From assembly GCF_963921235.1 (NCBI RefSeq), contig NC_086097.1, forward strand, positions 153,514,001-153,578,000: 64,000 bases of DNA. The letters run 5' to 3'. The position numbers and the translations under genes are program-made. The DNA is from Mobula hypostoma. Lineage: Eukaryota. Positions 11,591 through 25,448 of the stretch are shown piece after piece. Within the stretch, counting starts at the first letter, position 1; each line of letters begins with the position of its first letter. The notes beneath the pieces are model-generated. The model saw nothing but the letters and a program-made list of their open reading frames with translations. It did no database searches and was not told the DNA's origin.

Positions 11591-12533
11591 TCCCTATAAG
11601 CTTCCATTGTTGCAGTGCTTAAAGCAAAATTTATTCACTTCCTGTTCAAGGTTTAATTACTGGTGGTGTTCTGTAGTGACTAACAGAGAAGCCACAAAAG
11701 GCAGGAACTAGGATACTTTGCTCCTATTTTGCAACGTCTAGTGAAACTAATATAGGAATTAGTGGACCAGATATAAATATGACAGGTTATATATTTGACT
11801 ATCTAATACCTTGTGAAAAAGTCCATTTTCATCTGGGAATATGAGAGATCTCCATAGTCAAGGCAACCTCACCCTCTCAAAAGTTCAAAGTATACTTATT
11901 ATCGAAGTATGTGCACATTATACATGCTTAAGATTCATCTACTAATAGGCAGCCACAAAACAAAGAAACCCCCAAAAAAAACATTTAAAAAACATCAAAC
12001 TCCCAATGTGCAGAGAAAAAAAAACAAAATATGCGAACAATAAACACACGCAAATAGTGTTCTGTACTGAAGTTCACAAAGAGTTTGCCCATGGACACTT
12101 AGTTCAGCGCAAAGCAGAGCAGCGAGCTGCAATGGCCCATCCCTTGCCTTGGGCCTTGACATCCTGACCTTTCCATTTCGGTCCAGCCCATAAATCATCG
12201 CCCAAACATCAGCTTCAGTGGTTTCAATGCACTCTGGGGCCTGATACCCGCCACCTCAACTCAGCTTGTTCCCAAACTTTCAAATTCAGTCCATCACTTA
12301 AATCATCATCGAAACATTGGGCTCTGTCGCTTTGATAGGCTCTGTGACCTAGACCCCACTACTACGATTCAGCTTGTAACCGCCCTTCCCAATTCGGCTC
12401 GATGCTTAAATCGATCAAACCTCAGGTCCAACTCACTTTCAGCAACTCACTGCCTCGCCTCAGCCACAAGTTTAAGACTATTCCTTGTGATAATCATTTG
12501 CTAGAAAAAAAGATTGATTAACCATGATTTATC

Positions 12534-15500
12534 ACAGAAACATAGAAAACCTACAGCCCATACAGGCCCTTCGGCCCAAAATGCTGTGCCGAACATGGAC
12601 TTACTTTAGAACTTACCTAGGGTTACACATAGCCCTCTATTTTTCTAAGCTCCATGTACCTATCCAGGAGTCTCTTAAAAGACCCTACCATATCTGCCTC
12701 CACCACCGTTGCCGGCAGCCCATTCCACGCACTCAGCACTCTCTGCATAAAAAACATACCCCTGATATCTCCACTGTACCTACTTCCAAGCACCTTAAAA
12801 CTGTGCCCTCTCATGTTAGGCATTTCAACCCTAGGAAAAACCTCTGACTATCCACACGGTCAATGCCTCTCATCATCTTATACACTTCTATCAGGTCACC
12901 TCTCATCCTCTGTTGATCCAAGGAGAAAAGGCCAGGTTTACTCAACCTATTCACATAAGGCATGCTCCCCAATCCAGGCAACATCCTTGTGAATCTCATC
13001 TGCACCCTTTCTATAGTTTCCACATCCTTCCTGTAGTGAGGTAACTAGAACTGAGCACAATACTCCAAGTGGGGTCTGACCAGGGTCATATATAGCTGTA
13101 ACATTACATAGAAAACATAGAAAACATAGAAAATAGGTGCAGGAGTAGGCCATTCGGCCCTTCGAGCCTGCACTGCCATTTATTATGATCATGGCTGATC
13201 ATCCAACTCAGGACCCTGCCTCAGCCTTCCCTCCATACCCCCTGATCCCCGTAGCCACAAGGGCCATATCTAACTCCCTCTTAGCTTTAAACTCAATCCC
13301 ACGGCTGATGCAGGCCAATGCACTGTATGCTTTCTTAACCGTAGAGTCAACCTGTGCAGCAGCTTAGAGTGACCTCAAGATCCCTCTGATCCTCCACACT
13401 GCCAAGAGTCTTAACATTAATACTATATTCTGCCATCATATTTGACCTACTGAAATGAACCACCTCACACTTACTTGGGTTGAACTCCATCTGCCACTTC
13501 TCAGCCCAGTTTTGCATCCTATCAATGTCCCACTGTAACCTCTAACAGACCTCCACCCCTTGTGTCATCAGCAAATTTACTAACCCATCCCTCCACTTCT
13601 TTATCCAGGTCATTTATAAAAATCGCAAAGAGAAGGGGTCCCAGAACAGATCCCTGAGGCACACCACTGGTCACCGACCTCAATGAAGAATATGACCCAT
13701 CTACAACCACACTTTACCATCTGTGGGCAAGCCAGTTCTGGATCCACAAAGCAAGGTCCTCCTTGGATCCTATTCCTCCATCAATAAGCCTTGCATGGAG
13801 TACCTTTTCAAATGTTTGCTAAGATCCATATACACTATATTTAGTGCTCTACCTTCATCAACAAGTCCCACATCCTCAAAGCCATGTTGACTATTCCTAA
13901 TCATATTATGCCTCTCCAAATGTTCATAAATCCTGTTTCTCAGAATCTTTTCCTTCAACTTACCAACCACTGAAGTAAGACTCACTGGTCTGTAATTTCC
14001 TGGGCTATCTCTACTCCCTTTCTTGAATAAGAGAACAACATCTGCAACCTTCCAATCCTCCAGAACCTCCCCTATCCCCATTGATGATGCAAAAGATCAT
14101 TGCCAGTGGCTCAGCAATTTCCTCCCACGCCTCCCACAGTAGCCTGGGGTACATCTTGTCCAGTGCCAGAGACTAATTCAATTTGATGCTTTCCAAAAGC
14201 TCCAGCACATCCTCTTTCTTAATGTCTATATGCTCAAGGTTTTCAATCCACTGTAAGTCATCCCCACAATTGCCAAGATCCTTTTCCGTAGTGAATTCTG
14301 AAGCAAAGTATTCATTGTGTACCTCAGCTATCTCCTCCTGTTCCACACACACTTTTCCTCTGTCACTCTTGATTGGTCCTATTCTCTAACATCTTATCCT
14401 CTTGCTCTTCACATACTTGTAGAATGCCTTGGGCTTTTCTTTAATCCTGCTCACCAAGGCCTTCTCGTGGCCCCTTCTGGCTCTCCTAATTTCATTCTTA
14501 AGTTCCTTCCTGCTACCTTCTAGATATCTATCATTACCTAATTTTTTGAACCTTTCGTAAGCTCTTCTTTTCTTCTTGACTATATTTTCAACAGCCTTTG
14601 TACACCACAGTTCTTGTACCCTACCATCCTCTCCGTCTTATTGGAACGCACTTATGCAGAACACCACGCATTTATTCCCTGAACATTTGCCAAATTTCTG
14701 CTGTACATTTCCCTGAGAACATCTGTTCTCAATTAACGCTTCCAAGTTCTGCCTGATAGCTTCATAGTTTCCCTTACTCCAATTAAATGCTTTCCTAACT
14801 TGTCTGTTCCTATCCCTCTCCAATGCTATGGTAAAGGAGATAGAATTGTGATCATTGTCTCCAAAATGCTGTCTCACTGAGAGACCTGACACCTGACCAG
14901 GTTCATTTCCCAATACCAGATCAAGTACAGCTTCTCCTCTTGTAGGCTTATCTACATATTATGTCAGGAAACCTTCCTGCACACACTTAACAAACTCCAC
15001 CCCATCTAAACCCTTTGCTCTAGGGAGATGCCAATCAATATTTAGCAAAGTAAAATCTCCCACCAGAACAACCCTGTTATTATTACACCTTTCCAGAATC
15101 TGTCTCCCTATCTACTCCTTGATGTCCCTGTCACTATCGGGTGGTCTATAAAAAACACCCAGTAGTGTTATTGACTCCTACCTGTTTCTAATTTCCACCC
15201 ACAGAGACTCAGTAGACAATCCCTCCATGACTTCCTCCTTTTCTGTAGCCGTGACAATATCTCTGATCAGCAGTGCCACAGTCCCATCTCTTTTGCCTCC
15301 TTCCCTGTCCTTTCTGAAACATCTAAAGCCTGGTACTCTAAGTAACCATTCCTGCCCCTGAGCCATCCAAGTCTCTGTAATGGCCACAACATCATAGCTC
15401 CAAGTACTGATCCACACTCTAAGATCATCTGCTTTGTTCATGATGCTTCTTGCATTAAAATAGATACATCTCGAACCATCGGTCTGAGCGCAACCCTTTT

Positions 15501-16275
15501 CTATCACCTGCCTATCCTCCCTTACATGCTGTCTCCAAGCTTTTTGTATATGCGAGCCAACCACTCCTTCCTCCATCTCTTCAGTTCGGTTCCCACACCC
15601 CAGCAAGCCTAGTTTAAACTCTCCCCAATAGCCTTAGCAATCCTTCCTGCCAGGATATTGGTCCCCCTCAGATTCAAGTAGAACCCGTCCTTTTTGTACA
15701 GGTCACGCCTGCTCCAAAAGAGGTCCCAATGATCCAGAAGTCAGAATTCCTGCCCCTTGCTCCAATCCCTCAGCCACACATTTATCCTCCACCTCATTCT
15801 ATTCCTATTCTCACTGTCATGTGGCAGAGGCAATAATCCTGAGATTACTACCTTTGAGGTCCTGCTTCTCAACTTCCTTCCTAACTCCCTGTAGTCTGTT
15901 TTCAGGACCTCCTTTCTTTTCCTACCTATGTCATCAGTACCAATATGTACCACGACCTCTAGCTGTTCACCTTCCCACTTCAGGATATCATGCATGCAAT
16001 CAGAAACATCCCGGACCGTGGCACCTGGGAGGCAAATTACCATCCGCATTTCTTCCCTGCATCCACAGAATCGCCTGTCTGACCTCCTAACTATAGACCC
16101 CTATTACTGCTGCCTTCTTCCTTTTCCTACCCTTCTGAGCCACAGGGGCAGACTCTATGCCAGAGGCACGGCCACTGTTGCTTGCCGCAGTTATGCCTTC
16201 CCCTCCCCACCAACAGTACTCAAACAGGATTATGTATTGTTAAGGGGGACAGCCACAGGGGTACTCTCTAGTATC
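12534..16275 (-). mobile_element. Near-full-length CR1 LINE (ORF1 esterase, ORF2 endonuclease and RT, 3' UTR), disrupted
   Basis: ORF1 VICLPGATVRDV..VVHIGTDDIG (SGNH esterase); EN YFNARSIMNK..AITETW; RT NYRPVSLTSVVGK, SGVPQGSVLGPLLF..KFADDT; microsatellite-like 3' tail. Confidence 0.92.
13108..13277 (-). mobile_element. Short 3' tail of a second CR1 family nested in the CR1
   Basis: (CATAGAAAA)n tail and sequence matching the 3' UTR at 63880-64000; host CR1 resumes at ctcttagc. Confidence 0.8.
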
Positions 16276-16894
16276 TGAATTTAGTATTTTGAAAGCAGAT
16301 ACATTTAGTTGATTTCCTTATTTCATTGGCCACCGGCTGAAAATCAATTTACCAATGCTTACAGCACACGTACTGTATAATCCCCTGTATAAAGTGGTAC
16401 ATTCCAAATACTCATACTACAAACTAATCCAGTAGCTGTAATCAATCTGCATTTTAAAATGGAAGTTAAATGTAGTGGGCTGATTTGACACAATCTTCTT
16501 TCTGTACCTCTTGATATTAATGCAAAGGGAAATATTTTGTTTCCACCTTGATTTTTTTTATCTTTTTTGCTGAAGTGTTGATTATTTGCTGGCATGTGCA
16601 CGTATTTTTCCCATTTCCTACAAAGCCACCATTAATCATATCTAGAAAGCATATTTCAGAATGTCAGAATGCTTTATTGCCAATTATGTACTTTTTGATG
16701 TGTGTTTCTTTATTATATACAAACTTGTAGTTATGTCGCAGCATTATAGGACTGGTGTTTCCTCTTGACCATATAATAGGCCAGGATTGAATTACTGATG
16801 ATTCTGCAATAGTCTGATAACAACGGATGACTTTATACTTGCACTTAAATTTGAGAGACTATTATTGTTTAAATGTAACATTTGACACCATAAT

Positions 16895-19850
16895 TGCTCC
16901 AATTAATTTCACTATCTGGAATATTGCGTTCAGTTCTAGTTATCTCATTATAAGAAGGATGTTGAAGTTTTAGAGAGGGTGCAGAGGAGATTACCAGGAT
17001 ACTGCTTGGATTAGAGAATATGTCTTATGAAAACAGGTTGAGTGATCTAGATCTTTTCTCTTTGGAGTGAAGGAGGATGAGAGACAACATGATGGAGATG
17101 TATAAGATTATAAGAGGCATAGCGGATAGTCAGAAACTTTTTCTCAGGGTGGAAATAGCTAATGCCATGGGTCGTACTGTTAAGGTGATTACATTCCACC
17201 CCAGGCCAATATCAAGTAGGCTTCAGATGACCTGAGCAATAGGATCAACATGTACGAAACAGCACATGCTAACATCTTCACCACGGTTTTGGGAGATTTT
17301 AACCAGGCCAGTCTGAAAAAAGTCACTAGAAATTACTATCAATAGATCAGTTGCAATACTAGAGGAAACAACACAATAGACCATTGCTACACCACTATCA
17401 GGAATGCCTACCGTGCTTTGGGAAGTCTGATCACCTGGCTGTACTTCTATTCCCTGAGTATAGGCTGAGACTGAAGACTGCAGCACCAACAGTGCGGACC
17501 AAGAAGGTATGGACAAGGGAAGCACAGGAGCACCTACAGACTGCTTTGAATCAGTGGACTGGGCAGTGTTCAGGAATTCAGCTTCGAACTTGGGTGAGTA
17601 TACGACAGTTGTTAATGACTTCATTAAAACCTGTGTGGATGAGCGTGTTCCTATGAAAACTTGCTGTGCATTCCCAAACCAAAAGCCATGGATGAACCAG
17701 GAGGTATGTCGTCTACTGAAGGCTAGATCTGTCGCATTCAAGACTGGTGACCTAGTCCTGTACCAGAAAACCAGTTATGACTTGCAGAGGGCTATTTCAA
17801 AGGCAGAGAGACAATATCGAACAAGGTTGGAGGTGACATCGGATACACAGCAACTCTGGTAAGGTCTGAAAGACATTACATCCTACAAAGCAAAACCCAA
17901 TAGGCGTGAATGGCAGTGATGCTTCACTACCAGATGAACTCAATGCTTTCTATGCTTTGAAAGGGAGAACACAACTACAGCTGTGAAGATCCCTCCTGCA
18001 CCTGATGACCCTGTGATCTTGATGTCAGAGGTTAATGTTAGGCTGTCTTTAAAGAGGGTGAACCCTCGCAAGGTGGAAGGTCCTGATGGAGTACCTGGTA
18101 AGGCTCTGAAAACCTGTGTGAACCAACTAGCGGGAGTATTCAAGGACATTTTCACACTCTTACTGCTACAGGTGGAAGTTCCCGCTTGCTTCAAAAAGGC
18201 AACAATTATACCAGGGTCTAAGAAGATTAATGTGGGCTGCCTTAATGACTATCACCTGGTAGCACTCACATTGACAGTGATGAAATGCTTTGAGAGGTTG
18301 GTCATGACTAGACTGATCTCCTGCCTCAGCAAGGACCTGGGCCTATTGTAATTTGCCTATTATCACAATAGGTCAATGGCAGATGCAATCTCAATGGCTC
18401 TCCATGTGGCTTTAGACCACCTGGACAACACAAACACCTACGTCAGGATGCTGTCCATTGACTATAGCTCAGCATTTAATACCATCATTCCCACAATCCT
18501 GATTGAGAAGTTGCACAAACTGGGCCTCTGTACCTCCCTCTGCTATTGGAACCTCGACTTCCTAACCGGAAGACCACAATCTGTGTGGGTGGGTAATAAT
18601 ATATCCTCCTCGCTGACAATCAACACTGGTACACCTCAGGGGTGTGTGCTTAGCCCACTGCTCTACTCTGTATATATACATGACTATGTGGCTAGGCATA
18701 GCTCAAATATGATCTATAAATTTGCTAATGATACAACCGTTGTTAGTAGAATCTCAGGTGACGACAAGTGGGCGTACAGGAGTGATATATGCCAACTAGC
18801 TGCAGCAACAACCAGGCACTCAATGTCGGTAAGACGAAAGAGCTGAATGTAGACCTCAGGAAGGGTAAGACAAAGGAACACATACCAATCCTCATGGAGG
18901 GATCAGAAGTGGAGAGAGTGAGTAGCTTCAAGTTCCTGGGAATCAAGATCTCTGAGGATCTAACCTGGTCCTAACATATCGACATAGTTATAAAGAAGGC
19001 AAGACAGCGGTTATATTTTATTAAGAGTTTGAAGAGATTTGGCATGTCAACAAATACACTCAAAAACTTCTATAGTTGTACTGTGGAGAGCATTCTGACA
19101 GGCTGTATCACTGTCTGGTATGGAGGGGCTACTGCACAGGACCAAAAGAAGCTGCAGAAGGTTGTAAATCTAGTTAGCTCCACCTTGGTTCTTAGCCTAC
19201 AAAGTACCCAGAATATCTTCAGGGAGTGGTGGCTCAGAAAGGTAGCGTCCATTATTAAGGACCTCCAGCACCCAGGGCATGCCCTTTTTTCACTGTTACC
19301 ATCAGGTAGGAGGTACAGAAGCCTGAAGGCACACACTCAGTGATTCAGGAAGAGCTTCTTCCCCTCTGCCATACGATTCCTAAATGGACATTGAATCTTT
19401 GGACACTACCTCATTTTTTTTAATATACGGTATTTCTGTTTTTGCACGTTTTAAAATAATCTATTCAATATATATAATTGATTTACTTGTTTATTTATTA
19501 TTATGTTTTTTTTCTCTCTGCTAGATTATGTATTGCATTGAACTGCTACTGCTAAGTTAACAAATTTCACATCACATGCCGGTGATAATAAACCTGGTTC
19601 TGATTATTTTTATATCATTCGTCAGTCTTTATAATTGTTGAACGTTGCTTTTTGTTGCATATCCACCACAGCAAGTTCCTAATGCATATAAATGCATTGT
19701 ATGTGGTGCATAATTTTGATCCTTGATATGATAGTGGTGTTTAAGAAGATTTTAGATAAGACACAGTAGGAATGGAGGGATATGAATCATATGTAGGCAG
19801 AAGAGATTTTGTTTAGTTTGGCACTGTGCACTATTCTGTTCTATATTCTA
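16895..19850 (+). mobile_element. CR1 3' fragment (16895-17190 and ~19730-19850) split by a Rex1 insertion
   Basis: EYCVQF..KKDVEVLERVQRR motif; 3' UTR resumes after the Rex1 element. Confidence 0.7.
17190..19603 (+). mobile_element. Rex1/Babar LINE, 5'-truncated, disrupted ORF2
   Basis: [83 protein letters not shown]; tail gataataaacctggttctgatt. Confidence 0.92.
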
Positions 19851-19947
19851 TAAGTCTTTTGACTGGCACAGGACATCACAACCTTGTTCCAAATGGTAAG
19901 AGTGTGATAATCAGAACCACGTGGCCATTATTATGCCAGTGATGAAA

Positions 19948-21250
19948 CAGAATCGGAATGGCTTTATTTGCAGTATGTGAAACATGCCAGAATTGATTGT
20001 GGTTCAGTGCCAAGCACAAAACACAGGACAAAACCATAACAAACAACACAATACCAATCAACAGTATACAAGACAATAGTGTAAACAGACATGAGCAATT
20101 AACAGTCAGCACAAATATCAATAATCAAACTTAAATAAATGTGAACATATGAACAGATTCAATAATTATCAACAGGACAAGGAGAGCAGGAAAGACCTTT
20201 TAATGGATGTTGTGAAGGGTATTACACCTGAGTGAATTTTGTTCAGAAGCTGGATAGTTACAGCAAAGAAGCTTCAGGGGAGACATGTAGTCCTGGTGGT
20301 GATGGTTTGTAGCATATACCTGATAGCAATTTGGTGGATAGGTGACCTAGAATGGGTGGAGTCAGCAGTAATTTTTTTTAGCTCTTTTCTTCGCTCTGTC
20401 AATGAACATGTCCCTAAATGTTGATAGCTGACAGCTAGTGATCTTCTCCACAGATTGGACCACCCCCTGCAACCTGGACGTGGAGAGGGAGGAGGCAGTG
20501 GGTAACCAAATGGTGATAGAGGTGGTCATAACAATCTCAATGATGGTCAAGTAAAATTTCATCAGGAAATGCCATGAGATAGTAAATTTCTTCAACTGGC
20601 ATAGGAAGAACAATCTCTGTTGGGATTTCCCAGTGATGAGCCTAACATACTTGTCCCACTTCAACGTATTGATAATGGTAATCAGCAGAAATTTGAATAA
20701 CTCGACCACAGACACGGCCTGATCATTACTTTCCAAGGGGGAGAGATAGGGAGTTGTCAGGGGTAGCCAAACCTCATTTCCACTATCTTGATAACATTAG
20801 GCTCTTAGCTGTTATGAGCACACCATGCTGCAAGATGGTCTACCTCTCTGTGATAGCAGGTCACATCATTATTAAAGATGAGACCAACTAAAGTCATGTC
20901 ATCTGCAAACTTTATGATTTTAATGGATTTGTCTGTGAAGATACAGACATTTGTATAGAGTGAGAACAGAAGGGCTGTGAAAGAACATAGCCCTGGGGAG
21001 AGCCTGTGCTTATAGACATTGAATCAGGAAAGTAGGAGTCCAGCCTTACATACTGATTCCTTTCTATCAGGAACTTCACAATCCACTAGATAAGCTTACT
21101 ATGGTGCAACTCCAGACAATAATGATGAAGGCAGAGCTAAAATCCACAAAAAAAATCCTCACATAGGTATTGGGGGAGTCCAAATGTTGACAAATGTTAT
21201 GAAGACACAAGTTAACTGCATTCTCAACTGGTGCTTGCTCACTACAACAG
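19948..21250 (-). mobile_element. Degraded Rex1-like LINE 3' part
   Basis: HLDSPNTYVRIFFVDFSSAF; KSQQRLFFLCQLKKF..IVMTTSITIW. Confidence 0.8.
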
Positions 21251-21576
21251 AAGATGAACATTCGGGGTGATTCCACTTTTTATTAGTCTAAGGGAGATCA
21301 GACTAATTCTGGTTTTCGATGGATACAATCAAATCTGACTTTAATGTGATAACCCCAACATTTAAACTGATGGTGAGTACCTCAGGGTGACTATCATAGA
21401 GACTTACTCTCTGTTCCATGAATTGAGAGATACATTTGGATTGTGATTTATTTTTTCAAAGGCCTTTGCTGTTGAAGTTTGTACAGTAAGCTGGCCAGAG
21501 AAGAGATACCACCAGTGATTAGCAATGATCACTAATAGATGAAGTATCAAAATAACAATCCTGCCTTTGGGAACTG

Positions 21577-21935
21577 AACATAGAACACAAAATAGCCCTC
21601 CAACCCATGATGTTAAACCACAATAGTTAAACTACTAATGCAACACCAAACTGGTTGCATCTACTGTAGTTTTAGAAACTTAAACCTTGGGGAAAAAAGT
21701 AGAAGCTGGTAATCTATTTCTCACATATTCTTATAAAGTTATTTCAGGTCTCCCCTCAGCTTCCGCCACTCCAGAAATAACAACCCAAGCCTATACTACC
21801 TCTCCCCATTAACACCTGCGTTCTAAGTCTAGCAGCCTTCTGGTAAACTTCTTCTGCACCCTCTCCATGGACCCAACATTTGTCCTATCACAGGCCAACC
21901 AGAACTGAATGCAATACCTTTGGTGCGGCCTAATC
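21577..21935 (-). mobile_element. Degraded CR1 3' fragment
   Basis: IRLRLGRT..CIQFW-type RT tail and tcccctcagcttcc CR1 motif. Confidence 0.6.
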
Positions 21936-22724
21936 TGAGTCTGATAAAGCTAAACATTTGCGTACATCGAATGCAGCAAAATAACCCAAATCTGATAAAG
22001 CTGCACTTTTGCATACATTGAATGCAGCAGGATAGATAATGAGCTTCAGTTCATAACTTACCCTCTAGATGAAACAATTGCTGCAATACATGTGGAGTTA
22101 TTTATTGTTTAGCTTTGGAGTCAGCTGATCTGACTCTGTACTAAGCCTTTCCTTGGCCAATGCAGTTAAGAGATAGAAATGGTCAGAACCAAATCAAAAA
22201 CTGGTGGACAATGTTCCCATCTTTAGGTGATCTTAGGAAATTCACAAGCAGAGGAAGAAATTGCTGGAAATACACAGGCTAGAAACTATCAGACGTCATC
22301 TATCAAGAGAAAAACAGTTAATGTTCCAAGTCTAAACTCATTATCAGACAATTCACCAATTCTTTCAAAGAAACAGCTGATGCTCTATATTGTTTATCAT
22401 GGTGCAAACTAACACAATATCCAGAGGTATTGTCTCTTTATGGAATGTAACAGCAACTAAATACCCCAATTTGGGTACTCAGGAAAGGGGTAAAAGCTGA
22501 GGACGTTTCACAGGGAGAGGTGGGGAATCAGTTTGAGGGGAAGATCAATAGACACAAAACAGAAAGCAAGGATGCCAAAAGGGCCGGTGTGCGACAGGAA
22601 CGGCAGCATGGGGAGCAGTGTAAGGAAAATGCCAAATATCCTCCTGCATGGGGACTGTTGGGTTGTTGAGATTAAAAGTCAGGAATCCATACAGTTGCTA
22701 TAGAGACCATTGGTTATTGTGTGC

Positions 22725-23100
22725 TGCTCCGGTCTTCTTGGCCGATCATCACCTTGTTATGGAAGAGAGGATTTGAATTCTTGAAGTCCTGAGAGCAATG
22801 CCGTCTGGAGCTTAGCTCCTGGTAAGTTCACCCATGGTGGTATAGTTGAGGTGCAGATTCCAGACAAACAACGATCCAACAAGACCTCAGCGGTGGAGCT
22901 AACAGAAGGTGACAACACATCACAATGGCAGCGAAGGTGGAGGAAGGCTGCAGCGGTGAAGCGTCCCCAATCGTCTTGCATTCTGGACCCTGAGCTCGAT
23001 CTATCAAGGACTGTATAGTGGCTGCCCATGCATCAGCACTCACACATTAAAGAAAAGTCATGCACAGGCATTCTCCGTTAAGGGAATAACCCCTTGGGAG
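22725..23100 (+). mobile_element. GC-rich repeat fragment, probably RTE 5' region
   Basis: Composition shift and resemblance to fish RTE/Expander leader sequence from memory; not verified. Confidence 0.4.
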
Positions 23101-23119
23101 AAAATCATACTCATACTCA

Positions 23120-23330
23120 CCACTCTGGTCACTGCATGATAGGAAGAATATGGAGGTGTTAGAGTGGGTGCAGAAAAGGTTCACCACTATGTTGCCTGGT
23201 TCAGAGGGTACTATTTGTACTGAGAGGTTGGACAAACTTGGATTGCTTTCTCTGGAGCCTCAGATGGAAGAATATAAAACAATGAAAGGCATAGATAGGG
23301 TAGATAGTCAAAGCCTTTTTTCTTTTTCCA
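23120..23330 (+). mobile_element. CR1 3' fragment
   Basis: ORF MEVLEWVQKRFTTMLPG..ERLDKLGLLSLE..YKTMKGIDRVDSQ. Confidence 0.8.
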
Positions 23331-24242
23331 GAATAAACCTTATTAATTGTGAGTTATAATAGTACTTAAAATGAGCAAACTCTTTCAATATTTAAATGCC
23401 CTGAGGAGGCCCTAAACCCATTAGAAATGCACTACCAATCTTATAGCTTCAATATTTGGATTTTCTCCTTTGGGCTTTTTATGCATTTACATTTTATTTT
23501 CTTCTGTTATAGTGAAGAATAATGTGTATACCTTAAACTGTGACATTTGTGTAACTATTTCATTTTTTGTGCTATTGGCTATAATCAGCACCATTCATGA
23601 TCTGTCAGATTTTGTGGATGTACATTAGTATTTATTAAATCAATGCTACATTTCTTTATTTGATGTGAAATACTCTCTGGATAACCTGATTGTGGGAAAC
23701 CAGCATTAACATAATGCTTCAGATGAACTGCGGCATGTGAATTGAAGGCAATGCTGGGAAAGTCAAACAGTTAAAAATTACACTGAGTATATACAAAATG
23801 CATGCAAAAGATAGCTGAATTCTGTATTTGTTTTAATGTAAAGTGACATATCAATGAGGAGAAGCAGGAGGCAATGTTGATAGCATGAGGTATTGAAAGG
23901 CTTGAAGATGTTCTGTGGATAAAAATTAAAATATTTAGATACTGGAAATCTCCAGCTTTGTGACATAAAATGCAGGAAATACTCTACTCTTGGTAATGCA
24001 GGACAGTGACATAGCAGCACTTGATAGAACTCAACTGTGTGGAGCCTCCTAGTCATTAAAGTTTCCAACAACTATTCATTCATCTTTGCTTTCTGCAATC
24101 AGGCCAATATGTTATCCCAACTACTACTTTCCAATGAATCCCATGGGTTTTTATAATGAAAACCAATTTTTCAGGACTGCCATCAAGTTAGGGTTGTGCG
24201 AGAAATGATGTCATCAACTGCCTTCTCTGTTTATTTCTGGCG

Positions 24243-24540
24243 AGCATATTGAGGTGGGGTGTGGAGATTTTCCTTTCTGCTCACTGTGTAAAACCTACTC
24301 TCTCCTTGGCATTACAGGGACTGCAAAGAAAAGAGGCATTAGGGCCATCACAGAGGCTGCTGAGCAAGCCTCCAGAAGGCTACTGATCAAGAGGTGTGAC
24401 CCGTGGACCATTGCTGCTGGGACACAAGCCGGGGCCTGATTAACCCTGGCTGGGTCGCCTGGGTGAGGGTGCCTAATGCTGACCTGAAGCACCTGATGAC
24501 CCCAGGTTACATCACTGGCGATGTGTCCCAGTGCATCCTA
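24243..24540 (+). mobile_element. Hero (R2-group, RLE-type) non-LTR element 3' end
   Basis: IEVGCGDF..SLCKTYSLLGITGTAKKRGIRAITEAAEQASRRLLIKR matches the IEVGCRGF...AAERASRWLWIKR C-terminus; GC-rich 3' UTR. Confidence 0.75.
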
Positions 24541-25448
24541 GGGAGTATTTCAGCATCTGATGTGTGTACACGTCACATACATTACTGAACTATCTTGTTT
24601 CCTGAAGTCATTTGTAACGCTAAGTATGTGTGGTTGTGAATCACAACTGAAATCAGAAGCACATCAGACACAATGTACGTGGGAAAAATAAAATGAGACA
24701 AAATGTTTGTAGTCCTTGTCAAGAACATTGTTCAATCAAAGAATGTCTGATAGAGGGACTAGTTTCCATAGATCTGTAAACTTCAAGTTAAAATGTCCTA
24801 TCTTTATAATTAGAATTCATTGCTAAAGTTTTTAAACATATATCACATTTTTTCTTTGAATTGGAAACAACCGTCAAGAAACACATTTCACTAATTGGTT
24901 ATGCAGCAACTATAGTAACCATTAAACCTCATTAAAAGCACAACAGATTTCAATCAGTTTTTCTCTCTTTCTATGCCCCAAGGCTGCAGCAGCTTTTGTA
25001 ATACATTCAACTGGTGGCTGATAGTACAAATAAATACTGAAAATGATACTATGGAATTAATTAGATTCTACTAAAAATAAAAGATAGAAAAGCAATGTCA
25101 TTTGGTTTGGTAAGTAGATGTGGAAGGCAAGAATATAAGTATGCAGGTAAACTGACAAGTTTTCCTGCATTAAAATGAATATGTTTGTGTGGATTTGTGT
25201 GTTTGTGTGTGTTTATGCAAACGCATGCACTTACACAACATGTACTGAATAAATGATAAATTGAAAATAACGTTCTAATATTACCAGGCTTAGAAATGAC
25301 ATGATAAAGAAAATTTAAATAGAATGGGCAAAATATGGGTTTATTAATATTCTTATTTAAGTAGAAGTTGTTCTGAAATGGTTGTGATATTTGTGCATTT
25401 CTCTGGTTATATTGGTTGGAAAGAATGTTAACATTTCCTCAGTAAACA

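Noticed and set aside
11082..11711. 209-aa plus-strand ORF
   Set aside because: Antisense to a GC-rich RTE derivative; no domain signal
24983..25109. Possible exon (polypyrimidine tract, AG, then GTAAGT donor)
   Set aside because: Stops in all three frames and no supporting neighbouring exons; a non-coding exon cannot be excluded
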